Below are positions 1 through 13,163 of a stretch of DNA of 64,000 nt, one piece after another. The first letter of the stretch is position 1; each line of letters starts with the position of its first letter. Under the pieces are notes generated by a model. The model saw nothing but the letters and a program-made list of their open reading frames with translations. It did no database searches and had not been told where the DNA came from. Source of the DNA: Balanoglossus misakiensis (lineage: Eukaryota > Animalia > Hemichordata); the NCBI GenBank assembly GCA_040954595.2, contig CM082590.2, forward strand, positions 5,270,001-5,334,000, written 5' to 3'. The translations under genes and the position numbers were made by a program.

Positions 1-3000
1 TGCGAAGATCATTGTGATTGGTCGAAGATTATGGCGGCCATATTGGATTTTCGAAAAACCCTAGTAAAATTTGAAAAATCTTCTACTCAAGAACCGGCCA
101 TAACCGAGTCACAAGATTTGGTGTGTGTGGTCATTAAACAGATGTCTATCAAGTTTGCGAAGATGAATGTGATTGGTCGAAGATTATGGCGGCCATATTG
201 GATTTTGTGAAAAACGATTAAAAAGTAAAAATTCCCTTTCTAGCCTAATAATTGATAGCACAGAAATTCTTTTTATGGATATGAATCATCATATGACAAG
301 AATAAGCTATAAATATTTTGGTAATTTTGGCAATGACCTTTGACCTACTTTTGACGCATCATTTTTCTGCATATCTAATTCCAGGCTAACCAATAGGGCT
401 ATAAGTTTGGTTTTTGATGTATGTGGATTTGTATGTGATCAAATAATTTCGCTACTTTTCATGACCACTTTGACCTCTGCTGACCTCATTAAATATGCGC
501 ATACCTAATTACAGATTAACCAATAGACCTAAAGGTTTGAGTTTTTTTGGACATGGATCAGTATGGGGTCAAAATATTTTGCCCAAATGTTGGGTGACCT
601 CCGGTGACCTTTGACCTACTTTTGAATATCTCGGCATCCAAAGCAGGTACAGCCTTGGCATTCGGAGATATGGGGCCATTATGAAAAGCCAAAGTTTTGG
701 GTCACCTGTGACCTCTGCTGACCTCATTAATTATGTGCATAACTAATTACAGGCGAACCAATAGAGCTAGAGGTCTGGTTTTTATTGGACATGGACCACT
801 ATGGGTAAAAATTTTCTGCCCAAATTTTGGGTGACCTCAGATGACCTTTGACCTACTTTTGCATATCTCGGCATCCAAAGCAGGTACAGCCTTGGCATTT
901 GGAGATATGGGGCCATAATGAAAAGCCAAAGTTTTGGGTCACCTGTGACACCTGCTTAACTCATTATTTATGTGCATACCTAATTACGGGCTAACCAAAA
1001 GGGCTAGAGGTCTGGTTTTTGTTGGACATGGACCACTATGGGTCAAAATATTCTCCCCAAATTGTGGGTGACCCCTGGGTGACCTTTGCCCTACTTAACA
1101 CTATATCAGCACCAAACATAGATATAACCTTGATATTTCTTGGGATAAAACACAGCATTATGTTTCTACACATTAATTATGTGCATATCTAATAATCAGA
1201 TCAGATAATAGAGCTTGGGCACGGACAATGCTGCTTGCAGCTTTAATCTTTCTTTCTTTTTTCTTGTGTCAATTTCTTCGGCCAACGAGATCTCTGAAAC
1301 TACTGCAGGTACACTTCTCAAACTTGCTACAGTGGTCAAGGTCAATGAGTAGATGTGCAGTGACTTGTGAATAATTAATTAGTCACGTGACCTGGCGGCC
1401 ATATTGGATTTTCTGAAAAAATTCAAATCTCAGATCTCAGAAACTACAAGTCAGATCGACTTCAAATTTGGCATGCAGGTAGACTACCTTCTACCCATCA
1501 TTTTTGTAATTGGAAATTTTGCTGTCAATGTTGCAGTTTTTTTGCTACAATTTTTTTTCTGAAATCTGGCTTAAATTTCAAAAATCTTCTTCTCCAGAAC
1601 CAGTGATAACCGAGACACTGGGTTTGGGGTATGTGGTCACCTAACTGATGTCTATCAAGTTTGCGAAGATCATTGTGATTGGTCGAAGATTATGGCGGCC
1701 ATATTGGATTTTAGAAAAACCATAGTTAAACTCCAAAAATCTTCTTCTCCAGAACGGGCGATGACTGAGTCGCAAGATTCGGGGAGTATGGTCACTACAC
1801 TGATGTCTATCAAGTTTGCAAAGAGCATTGTGATTGGTCGAAGATTATGGCGGCCATATTGGATTTTGTAAAAAGCAGTGAAAAATTGAAATTCCTTTTT
1901 CTAGTCTAAAAATTGATAGCATACAAATTCTTTTTATGGATATCAATCGTCATGTGACTAAAATATGTTACAATTTTTTGGCGATTTTTCACATGACCTT
2001 TGACCTACTTATCACGCGTTATTATTTCTGCATATCTAATTCCAGGCTAACCTATAGGGCTAGACGTTTGGTTTTTGATGAATGTGGATTAGTGTGTGAT
2101 CAAAATATTTTGCTACTTTTCATGACCCCTTTGACCTCTGCTGACCTCATTAATTATGTGCATAGCTAATTACAAGCGAACCAATAGAGCTAGAGGTTTG
2201 GTTTTTGTTGGACACAGACCAGTATGGGATCAAAAATTTTTGCCCAAATGTTGCGTGACCTCTGGTGACCTTTGACCTACTTTCGCATATCTCTGCATCC
2301 AGAGCAGATACAGCCATGGCATTTGGTAGGATGGGACCAAAATGTAAAGCCACATTTTTGGGTCACCTGTGACACCTGCTGACCTCATTAAATATGCACA
2401 TACCTAATTACAGGCGAACCAATAGAGCTAGAGTTTTGGTTTTTGTTGGACACAGACCAGTATGGGATCAAAATTTTTTGCCCAAATGTTGCGTGACCTC
2501 TGGTGACCTTTGACCTACTTTCGCATATCTCTGCATCCAGAGCAGGTACAGCCATGGCATTTGGTAGGATGGGACCAAAATGTAAAGCCACATTTTTGGG
2601 TCACCTGTGACACCTGCTGACCTCATTAAATATGCACATACCTAATTACAGGCGAACCAATAGAGCTAGAGTTTTGGTTTTTGTTGGACATGGACCAGTA
2701 TGGGTAAAAAAAATGCCCAAATGTTGGGTGACCTTAGGTGACCTTTCACCTACTTTCAGCAGCAAAAATACACATCCTTGTTATGTCATGAGATAATTCA
2801 TCCGATAAAAAATTCTGTTTCTTCTCATTCATACTGTGCATATATAATTCAAGATCAGCGCTTGGGCCCGACAATGCTGCTCGCAGCTTTAATTAGGGCC
2901 CAAGCGCAAGCCAGCGCTTGGGCCCTATTGGTTTCGTTGGGGTTTTTCTGTCTTTCTTTCTTTCTTTCTTTCTTTTTTCTTGTGTCAATTCTTTGTCGCT

Positions 3001-6000
3001 CTAGATCTCAGACACCGCTGCAGGTACACTTCTGAAACTTGCTACAGTGGTCAAGGTCAATGAGTAGATGTGCATTGAACCCTTGAATTTTTAATTGGTC
3101 ACGTGACCTGGCGGCCATATTGGATTTTCTGAAAAAATGCAAATCTTAGATCTCAGAAACTACAAGTCAGATCGACTTCAAATTTGGTGTGCAGGTAGTC
3201 TACCTTCTACCCATCATTTTTGTAATTGGATATTTTGCTGTCAATGTTGCAGTTTTTTTGCTACAATTTTTTTTCTGAAATCCAGCTTAAATTTCAAAAA
3301 TCTTCTTCTCTAGAACTGGTGATAACCGAGACACGGGGTTTGGGGTATGTAGTCACCTATCTGATGTCTATCAAGTTTGCGAAGATCTTTGTGATTGGTC
3401 GAAGATTATGGCGGCCATATTGGATTTTCGTAAAACCTTAGTAAAATTTCAAAAATCTTCTTCTCAAGAACCGGCGATAACCGAGTCACAAGATTTGGTG
3501 TGTGTGGTCATTAAACAGATGTCTATCAAGTTTGCGAAGAGGAATGTGATTGGTCGAAGATTATGGCGGCCATATTGGATTTTGTGAAAAACGATTAAAA
3601 AGTAAAAATTCCCTTTCTAGCCTAAAAATTGATAGCACAGAAATTCTTTTTATGGATATGAATCATCATATGACAAGAATATGCTATAAATATTTTGGTA
3701 ATTTTGGCAATGACCTTTGACCTACTTTTGACACATCATTTTTCTGCATATCTAATTCCAGGCTAACCAATAGGGCTATAAGTTTGGTTTTTGATGTATG
3801 TGGATTAGTGTGTGATCAAAATATTTTGCTACTTTTTGTGACCCCTTTGACCCCTGCTGACCTCATTAAATATGCACATACCTAATTAATGATGAACCAG
3901 TAGACCTAGAGGTTTTGTTTTTGCTATACATGGACCAGTATGGGGTCAAAATATTTTGCCTAAATGTTGGGTGACCTCGGGTGACCTTTGATCTACTTAA
4001 CACTATATCAGCATCAGATCAGATAATAGAGCTTGGGCCCGGACAATGCTGCTTGCAGCTTTAATTACGGGCCCAAGCCAAGCCAGGCTTGGGCCCGTAT
4101 TGGTTTCGTTGGAGTTTTTCTTTCTTTATTCTTATGTCAATCTTTGCTCTCCTAGATCTCTGAAACGGCTACAGGTACACTTCTCAAACTTGCTACAGTG
4201 GTCAAGGTCAATGAGTAGATGTGCAGTGGCTTGTGAATATTTAATTAGTCACGTGACCTGGCGGCCATATTGGATTTTCTGAAAATCTTTAAATGGCTTC
4301 TTCTCAAAAACCACAGGGCCAATCAAGTTCAAATTTGGTGTATGGTACACATGTCCTCTGCCCTTCAAAGTTTGACAATAAAATCCTGAGCGGTCACGTG
4401 ACTTTGGCCGCCATATTGGATTTTCGAAAAAGTACAGTAAAATCTTCAAAAATCTTCTTCTCCAGAACCGGCAATAACCGAGTCATGGGATTTAGGGTAT
4501 GACATCACCTAACTGATGTCTATCAAGTTTGCGAAGAGCGTTGTGATTGGTCGAAGATTATGGCGGCCATATTGGATTTTGTAAAAACCAGCGAAAATTA
4601 AGAAATCATTTTTCTAGTCTAAAAATAGATAGCATACCAATTCTTTTTATGGATATGAGTCGTGATATGACTAGAATATGTTGCAAATATTTTGGAAATT
4701 TTCACATGACCTTTGACCTACTTTTTTAAGAACCTGCATATATGCATATATAGCTCATACTACGTGTTCTAAATGTACCAGAGTTCTGATTTTTGTGCAC
4801 ATTGGTATCATCCCTGCCAGGACCTACCCCAAATATTTTGGTAATTTTGGCAATGACCTTTGACCTACTTTTGACACATCGTTTTTTTCTGCATATCTAA
4901 TTCCAGGCTAACCTATAGGGCTATGATTTTGGTTTTTGATGTATGTGGATTTGTATGTGATCAAAAAATTTCGCTACTTATCATGACCCCTTTGACCTCT
5001 GCTGACCTCATTAAATATGCGCATACCTAATTACAGATGAACCAATAGACCTAGAGGTTTGGTTTTTGTTGGACATGAACCAGTATTGGGTCAAATTTTT
5101 TTGCCCAAATGTTGGGTGACCTCGGATGACCTTTGACCTACTTTTGCATATCTCGACATCCACAGCAGATACAGCCTTGGCGTTTGGAGGTATGGGGCCA
5201 TAATGAAAAGCCAAAGTTTTGGGTCACCTGTGACACCTGCTTAACTCATTATTTATGTGCATACCTAATTCCGGGCTAACCAAAAGAGCTAGAGGTCTGG
5301 TTTTTGTTGGACATGGACCACTATGGGTCAAAATTTTCTGCCCAAATTGTGGGTGACCTCTGGGTGACCTTTGACCTACTTAACACTATATCAACACCAA
5401 ACATAGATATAACCTTGATATTTCATGGGATAAAACACAGCATTATGTTCCTACTCATTAATTATGTGCATATCTAATAATCAGATCAGATAATAGAGCT
5501 TGGGCCCGGACAATGCTGCTTGCAGCTTTAATTATTATTATTCTTCTTCTTCCGAGAAATTCGGCCAGGTAGATCTGGAAAACCGCAGCACCTAGGGGGC
5601 TGAAACTTGGTAGGGTGATAGGGGCCAATGAGGAGACGTGCAGTGGCTCGTGAATATTTAATTAGTCACGTGACCTGGCGGCCATATTGGATTTTCTGAA
5701 AACCATTAAATGACTCCTTCTCAAAAACTACTGGGCCAATCGAGTTCAAATTTGGTGTGCAGGTAGCCTACCTTCTGTCCATCATTTTACCCCATTAAAA
5801 TCATGACGTCATACATAAAGTTTTTTTGCTACAATTTTTTTTCTGAAAAACTACTTAAAACTTAAAAAATCTTCTTCTCCAGAACCAGCGGTTACCGAGT
5901 CTCGGGATTTGGGATATGTGGTCACCTAACCTATGTCTATCAAGTTTGCGAAGAACACTGTGATTGGTCGATTATTATGGCGGCCATGTTGGATTTTCGG

Positions 6001-9000
6001 AAAACCATTAAAAAATGAAAATTCTGTTTTTTAGCCCAAATGTTGACAGCACGGAAATTCTTTTTTTGGATATGAGTCATCATATGACCGGAAGTTGTCA
6101 CAATTTTTCGGGGCAATTTTCACATGACCTTTGACCCAGTTTTAAAACAACTAATTATATATGCATATTCCCCATACCTCCTCTTGTAAAAGCACCACAG
6201 TCATGAATTTTGTGAACATGGGTACCAATGCTGCCAGGACCCGACACAAATATTTTGGTAATTTTGACAATGACCTTTGACCTATTTCTGAAACATCATT
6301 TTTCTGCATATCTAATTCCAGGCTAACCAATAGGGCTAGAGGTCTCGTATTGGTTGGACATGGCCCATTCTGGGGTCAAAATTTTGTGCCCAAATTTTGG
6401 GTGACCTTGGGTGACCTTTGATCTACTTTCCCGTATCTCAGCATCCACAGCAGTTAGAGTCCTGGCTTTTAGGCAGCCGATGGAGCACAAGACCTCATTA
6501 ATTATGCACATACCTAATTCTAGACGAACCAATAGGGCTAGGGGTCTGATGTTTGTTGGACCTAGACTAGTATGGGGTCCAATTTATTTGCCCAAATTTC
6601 GGGTGACATCAGGTAACCTTTGACCTACTTTCCCATATCTTGGTATCCACAGCAGATACATCCTTGGCATTTGCTGGTCACCATGGGAACCGCTTGTGCC
6701 CCGCCAACGCTGCTTGCAGCTTTAAGTATTATTATTATTAGGGCCCAAGCCAAGCCAGGCTTGGGCCCTATTGGTTTCGTTGGTATTTTTCAGTCTTTCT
6801 TTCTTTCTTTCTTTCTTTATTCTTATGTCAATTCTTTGTCGCTCTAGATCTCAGACACCACTGCAGGTACAGTTTTCAAACTTGCTACAGTGGTCAAGGT
6901 CAATGAGTAGTCGTGCATTGAACCCATGTATTTTTAATTAGTCACGTGACCTGGCGGCCATATTGGATTTTCTGAAAAAATGCAAATCTCAGATCTCAGA
7001 AACTACAAGTCAGATCGACTTCAAATTTGGCGTGCAGGTAGACTACCTTCTGTCAATCATTTTTGTAATTGGAAATTATGCTGACAAAGTTGCAGTTTTT
7101 TTGCTACAATTTTTTTTCTGAAATCTGGCTTAAATTTCAAAAATCTTCTTCTCCAGAACCAGTGATAACCGAGACACAGGGTTTTGGGTATGTGGTCACC
7201 TAACTGATGTCTATCAAGTTTGCGAAGATCATTGTGATTGGTCGAAGATTACGGCGGCCATATTGGATTTTCGAAAAACCCTAGTAAAATTTCAAAAATC
7301 TTCTTCTCAAGAACCGGCTATAACCGAGTCACAAGATTTGGTGTGTGTGGTCATTAAACAGATGTCTAACAAGTTTGCGAAGGGGAATGTGATTGGTCGA
7401 AGATTATGGCGGCCATATTGGATTTTGTGAAAAACGATTAAAAAGAAAAAATTCCCTTTCTAGCCTAAAAATTGATAGCACAGAAATTCTTTTTATGGAT
7501 ATTAATCATCATATGCCAAGAATGAGCTATAAATATTTTGGTAATTTTGGCAATGACCTTTGACCTACTTTTGACGCATCATTTTTCTGCATATCTAATT
7601 CCAGGCTAACCAATAGGGCTATAAGTTTGGTTTTTGATGTTTGTGGATAAGTGTGTGATCAAAATATTTTGCTACTTTTCATGACCCCTTTGACCCCTGC
7701 TGACCTCATTAATTATGTGCATAGCTAATTACAGGCAAACCAATAGACCTAGAGGTTTTGTTTTTGTTGGACAGGACAAGTATGGGGTCAAATTTTTTTA
7801 CCCAAATGTTGGGTGACCTCTGGTGACCTTTGACCTACTTTCGCAAATCTCAGCATCCACAGCAGATACAGCCTTGGCGTTTGGAGGTATGGGGCCATAA
7901 TGAAAAGCCAAAGTTTTTGGTCACCTGTGACACCTGCTTAACTCATTATTTATGTGCATACCTAATTCCGGGCTAACCAAAAGGGGTAGAGGTCTGTTTT
8001 TTGTTGGACATGAACCAGTATGGGTCAAAATGTTCTGCCAAAATTATGGGTGACCCCTGGGTGACCTTTGACCTACTTAACACTATATCAGCACCAAACA
8101 GATATAACCTTGATATTTCATGGGATAAAACACAGCATTATGTTTCTACTCATTAATTATGTGCATATCTTATAATCAGATCAGATAATAAAGCTTGGGC
8201 CCGGACAATGCTGCTTGCAGCTTTAATTCTTCTTCTTCTTCTTCTTCCGAGAAATTCGGCCAGGTAGATCTGGAAAACCGCAGCACCTAGGGGGCTGAAA
8301 CTTGGTAGGGTGATAGGGGCCAATGAGTAGACGTGCAGTGGCCCGTGAATATTTAATTAGTCATGTGACCTGGCGGCCATATCGGATTTCCTGAAAACCG
8401 TTAAATGAGTCCTTCTCAAAAACTACAAGGCCGATCGAGTTCAAATTTGGTGTGCAGGTAGCCTACCTTCTGTCCATCATTTTACCCCTTGAAATCATGA
8501 CGTCACACATAAAGTTTTTTTGCTACAATTGTTTTTCTTAAAAAATACTTAAAACTTTAAAAATCTTCTTCTCCAGAACCAGCGGTTACCGATTCTCGGG
8601 ATTTGGGATATGTGGTCACCTAACCTATGTCTATCAAGTTTGCGAAGCGCACTGTGATTGGTCGATCATTATGGCGGCCATGTTGGATTTTCGGAAAACC
8701 ATTGAAAAGTGATAATTCCGTTTTGTAGCCAAAATGTTGACAGCACGGAAATTCTTTTTTTGGATATGAGTCATCATATGACCGGAAGTTGTCACAATTT
8801 TTCGTGGCAATTTTCACATGACCTTTGACCCAGTTTTAAAAGAACTAATTATATATGCATATTCCCCATACCTCCTCTTGTAAAAGCACCACATTCATGA
8901 ATTTTGTGGACATGGGTACCAATGCTGCCAGGACATGACACAAATATTTTGGTAATTTTGGCAATGACCTTTGACCTATTTCTGCATATCTAATTCCATG

Positions 9001-9417
9001 CTACCCAATAGGGCTAGAGGTCTGGTATTGGTTGGACATGGCCCAGTCTGGGGTCAAAATTTTATGCCCTAATTTTGGGTGACCTTGGGTGACCTTTGAT
9101 CTACTTTCCCATATCTCAGCATCCAGAGCAGTTAGAGCCCTGGCTGTTATGGGTATTGAGCACATAATGGAGTCTTACACAAGACTCATTAATTATGTGC
9201 ATACCTAATTGCAGGCGAACCAATAGGGCTAGGGGTCTGGTTTTTTCTTGGATCTAGACTAGTATGGGGTCCAATTTTTTTGCCCAAATTTGGGGTGACC
9301 TCAGGTGACCTTTGACCTACTTTCCCATGTCTCGGTATCCCCAGCAGATACAGCCGTGGAATTTGCTGGTCACCATGGGAACCGCTTGTGCCCCCCCAAC
9401 GCTGCTTGCAGCTTTAA
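1..9417 (+). mobile_element. Tandem/nested array of 7 non-autonomous Helentron/Helitron2-type (HINE/DINE-1-like) elements; units <1-1247, 1248-2892, 2893-4064, 4065-5532, 5533-6725, 6726-8227, 8228-9417
   Basis: Each unit ends in a subterminal GCTTG(G/T)GC(A/C)C followed by a GCTGC-TY-GCAGC hairpin and TTTAA. Three units start with a TAGGGCCCAAGC-type hairpin (~2894, 4066, 6739) followed by a TTTC/TTC microsatellite. Internal tandem repeats of ~180 and ~238 bp. No TSD and no real ORF. Confidence 0.8.
2150..2700. repeat. ~238-bp internal tandem repeat in HINE unit 2
   Basis: Near-identical copies offset by 238 bp; ORF-track hits 2150..2353 and 2388..2591 are near-identical translations. Confidence 0.85.
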
Positions 9418-10985
9418 TTACTTTTTGCCTTTAAAACACATCAACAGTTTTCAAGATTAGAAATTCTGGTACTCATAGCTATCATCACTTGTTGATGTGG
9501 TCACTGGGGGAAACATTGTAAACTATGTATTTTGATGGTTTGCTGTAATCCGGATTACAGCAATTATTAATCAGCAGTCAGAATCTTTCAGCACAAAAAC
9601 CTCCGGAGAAGAAGTTTGCTGCCAGGGTGGAAAGAAATTAAAAGTTCCACCCTTAACTATAAAATTCCGCACAAAGGGGGAATTGAAGAGGCATCTAGAA
9701 TTGGTAAAGTGAAACATATTTGAAGCCACATGAACTGCCAAATTCCACATTCACAATAAAAAATACTTGAAATCTTCTCCCTTTATCCCCATTACAATTT
9801 GCACCATCAAGGCACATTACTTGCATAACACAATAGTTGTGTACTCTTTGTATGGAGGCAGATTAAAACATGCATGGCACCATTTAATACATCAGTTGTT
9901 CAAATTGCAACATCCAGCCGAAATATGGCGTCGATAAGATGTTTATGTATACCTATAAGTTTAATCTTATTTAGATGGACCAATCTGAAGTTGGAAAGTC
10001 AAAATCATGAAAATATAAATGCAAAAAAGTGGCAGCTCTTGAGGATTTAAAGAAGGGCAATTGACACATGACCAACAACACACGCACTGATAAGAACAGT
10101 AGTATAAAACCCACGTTGACAAACAATTTTAGGCAAACATTGACCAGTTTTCATAAAACTGTCGGTCAATTTTATTGCTCTTATCAACAGAGAGGGGCCT
10201 TCACCTGCATCTGATTACATGTTGGAGTCAGTGAGACTCCATGTGTACCAGTGTCCTGTGTGTAACTGTTATCAGCACCGCTCAACTGCATTCATACTTT
10301 TTTAAATTAAAACTAAAACTTTGACTATAGTTCCTATTAGCCAACATTGATTGAATTGTTGTTCATATCAGCGCGTTCACACTCACTCATGTACTAAGTA
10401 AAGAAGTGTAAATGACATCCCTGTCCACACAAGAACACTATAAAAGTTTGACCTTCCATTCATGAGGTTCCTGTAACTATTCTTTAGGTATTGTTGTTCT
10501 AGGTATTTTTTTGATAATCCGATGGTTTGCTTTGAAGTTTATTGGTATGCTGTCTATTCAGCTTGGTATGTACAGGTACGTATCAGAAGAATTTACTTTG
10601 GGTCTTAAAGATTAAATACTGTTTGTTCTATTGGTTTTACGCGTATAGACTTTGACGGAAACCACTCAAAACACTTAAGGGGAGCACAAGGTGTTTGTTT
10701 AGTCGGCAGAGAAACACTCCACCACATTCAAGTAGCAACAAACTTTTTTCAACCAGATCGCGATAAAGTCAGGAATTATCATGAGCTACAGCTGTTTGGC
10801 AAAATATTGTCGTAACCATGGCCCCTTTAGAGCAACAGTTTCTGAGTTGCCAAACGAGGCCGTGGTTTATTTCGCATGTTTTTAATTATACTAGTTTAGT
10901 ATCTAGCCGTATTTTGTCCGCTTTGCTTTCAAAAGTATGTCTAGAGTCATGCATGCTACTACATGCCACTGGCCCAATAAAACCT

Positions 10986-11194
10986 GGGAATTGTGATGTA
11001 ACTAGCGTCCCTCTGAAGTCAATCCAAGACGGTTTTTCCTAGGATTGGACAAATGATATACATGTGTGTAATTAAGGATGGGTAAAAATTTTATTTCAAA
11101 TTAGCCCCACCTTCACTATAATCTAACACCCAATCACCAGTGTTCAGTTTATGTGATTGACTACAAGGGGACGCTAGTTACATCACAACTCCTA
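10986..11194. mobile_element. MITE with ~40-bp TIRs (further copies ~13697-13883 and ~21035-21237)
   Basis: GGAATTGTGATGTAACTAGCGTCCC...GGGACGCTAGTTACATCACAACTCC. Absent from paralogous segments at ~15040 and ~18365. Confidence 0.6.
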
Positions 11195-12630
11195 GACTAT
11201 TCGAGCGCTGGCGAAATGGAACCAATCAGAACGTGCGTCTCATAAATGTATCGAAATGCAAATTTTAACCGTTACTTTGCCTTGCCGATTGGTATTATTT
11301 TTTTCTACTGCGGATCGCTGTCCTGAGTGAGTGTTAGGTGATTGATGGTGATTCGCTGCTCCGTTTCGGCGATGGTGTAAATAACAGTCGAGGAGTGACC
11401 ATGTGTAAATCCTTTTGCTCGTGTCCGCTTATTATCCGGAGACTTCAGTGGAGTCGCTCAGGTCTGACTGTCAAAAGGACACACACGCTCGAACAAGTAT
11501 ACAGTAAATCATGACATGTTTTGTATTTCAAGGAGTATATTTTTTTCAGAAAATTGGGACAGGACAGGCATAAATTTCGGGCCCAGTCAGACGAAATTGT
11601 GTCTACAGCACATTATATAGCTATGTCAGCCCAGCTGTCACATATATTGTGAAAGGCTGGCGCCATACCTGCGTCACCTTGAAGGAACTCATGTCGGGTC
11701 AGAGGTCATCATTCGTTTTTATTACATGACTCCCGTCTGCCATGTTTATAGACGCACTGTCAGAATGACAAAGTACCACAGGCATGTATTTCAACAGGTG
11801 TTTTATCTCAAGCTAGGACCTGCTGCTCATAAAAAGTTAGTTTACATCAAATCAACGAAAGAGGTAATACGTGTAACCAGAAAAATTATAAATAAAATGT
11901 CGTGATGAGAGACCTGGACTTCTCTGTTTTTTGTCACACGTTGGATAACCGCGCGTGTATTGAAAAAAAATTAACTTAAACATTAACTAGGTCGTAAGAC
12001 GGATAAACGCCAACTTGAAGTAGGTTAATTTAAGTTTACATATAATATCCATAAATTATAAGACCCACATTGACAAACCGTTTTAGACAGGTCAATCCAA
12101 TTTTTGATTTCCATCCCTGTACTACTGTTGTCCTCCCTCTTGTCGCTAACGAGTCAATCGGATTCAACGCCCTAACACGTGTTATGTAGATAAGCAATTG
12201 CTTGCAGTTATTATTGTCGTGGAGAATGGCCTTCATCAACACCTTCAACTGATTATATTTGGAGTCAGTGAGATTGCACGTGTACCAGTGTTAATTGTGT
12301 CATCTTTATCAGCACCGTTCATTCGCATTAATCCTTTTCAACTAGGAGTTATTTAAACCGAGACCAGTATTCATAAAATTGTCAGCCAATATTGCTGTTA
12401 TCAGCGCTCTCTTAGTGGTACGAAGTAAAGGAGTATGGGGGGATATTTGTGACATGACCACTATAAAATGTATTCATAAATTACACCTTTCAGCTATGAT
12501 GTTTGGGACTATATGTACATCGAGAATTGTTGTTGCGGATATTGTGATCCGTGGAATCCGTTTTGAAATCAATTGTTATACAAACAATCTATTCAGCTTG
12601 TAATCAGATTAAATTTAATTTGGGTCTTAA

Positions 12631-13163
12631 AGGGGAAATCCGTTGTAGCTGATTTCCACATAATTTGGTAGCTTTGAGGTCACTCTTTCAGATAAAAACA
12701 TATTCGCCATGTATAAGTCGCGAGATTTTTTACAAAGTCGAGGGAAAGTTGGCAGAATTTCCAATATGGCGTTTACTGTAATTTGAATCATGGGAAAAAA
12801 AAGCGCCAGGACCAACTTCCGCCCACCATGGTGTGGGTGATACCATTCTCCGATTGGTGTCACTGGGCGACAGACTAGGCGTATTTTCATAGCTATTGTT
12901 TGTTCTTTGCATCAGTTGATAAACAATTATCAGCAAAGTCGAAAATTTGTCATCTATTGACAGTTTTCATGAGCTATAACACATGAAAAATATGCAAATA
13001 CGCTTAGCCTGTGACGCAGTGACACCAATCGGAAAATTCTGCCAACTTTCCCTCGATTTTGTAAAAAATCGCGCGACTTATACATGGCGAATATGTTTTT
13101 TTCTGAAAGAGTGACCTCAAAGCTACCAAATTATGTGGAAATCAGCTACAACGGATTTCCCCT
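12631..13163. mobile_element. Kolobok-like MITE with TTAA target site
   Basis: TTAA|AGGGGAAATCCGTTG...CAACGGATTTCCCCT|TTAA with ~130-bp near-perfect TIRs. Empty site GGGTC-TTAA-AAATTAAATAC in the paralog at ~22682. Confidence 0.8.

Noticed and set aside
1-9417. CRISPR-like recurrence of the ~36-bp motif GATTGGTCGAAGATTATGGCGGCCATATTGGATTTT
   Set aside because: The intervening sequences are homologous to each other and ~140 bp or longer, there are no cas genes, and the context is eukaryotic. These are internal repeats of the transposon units.
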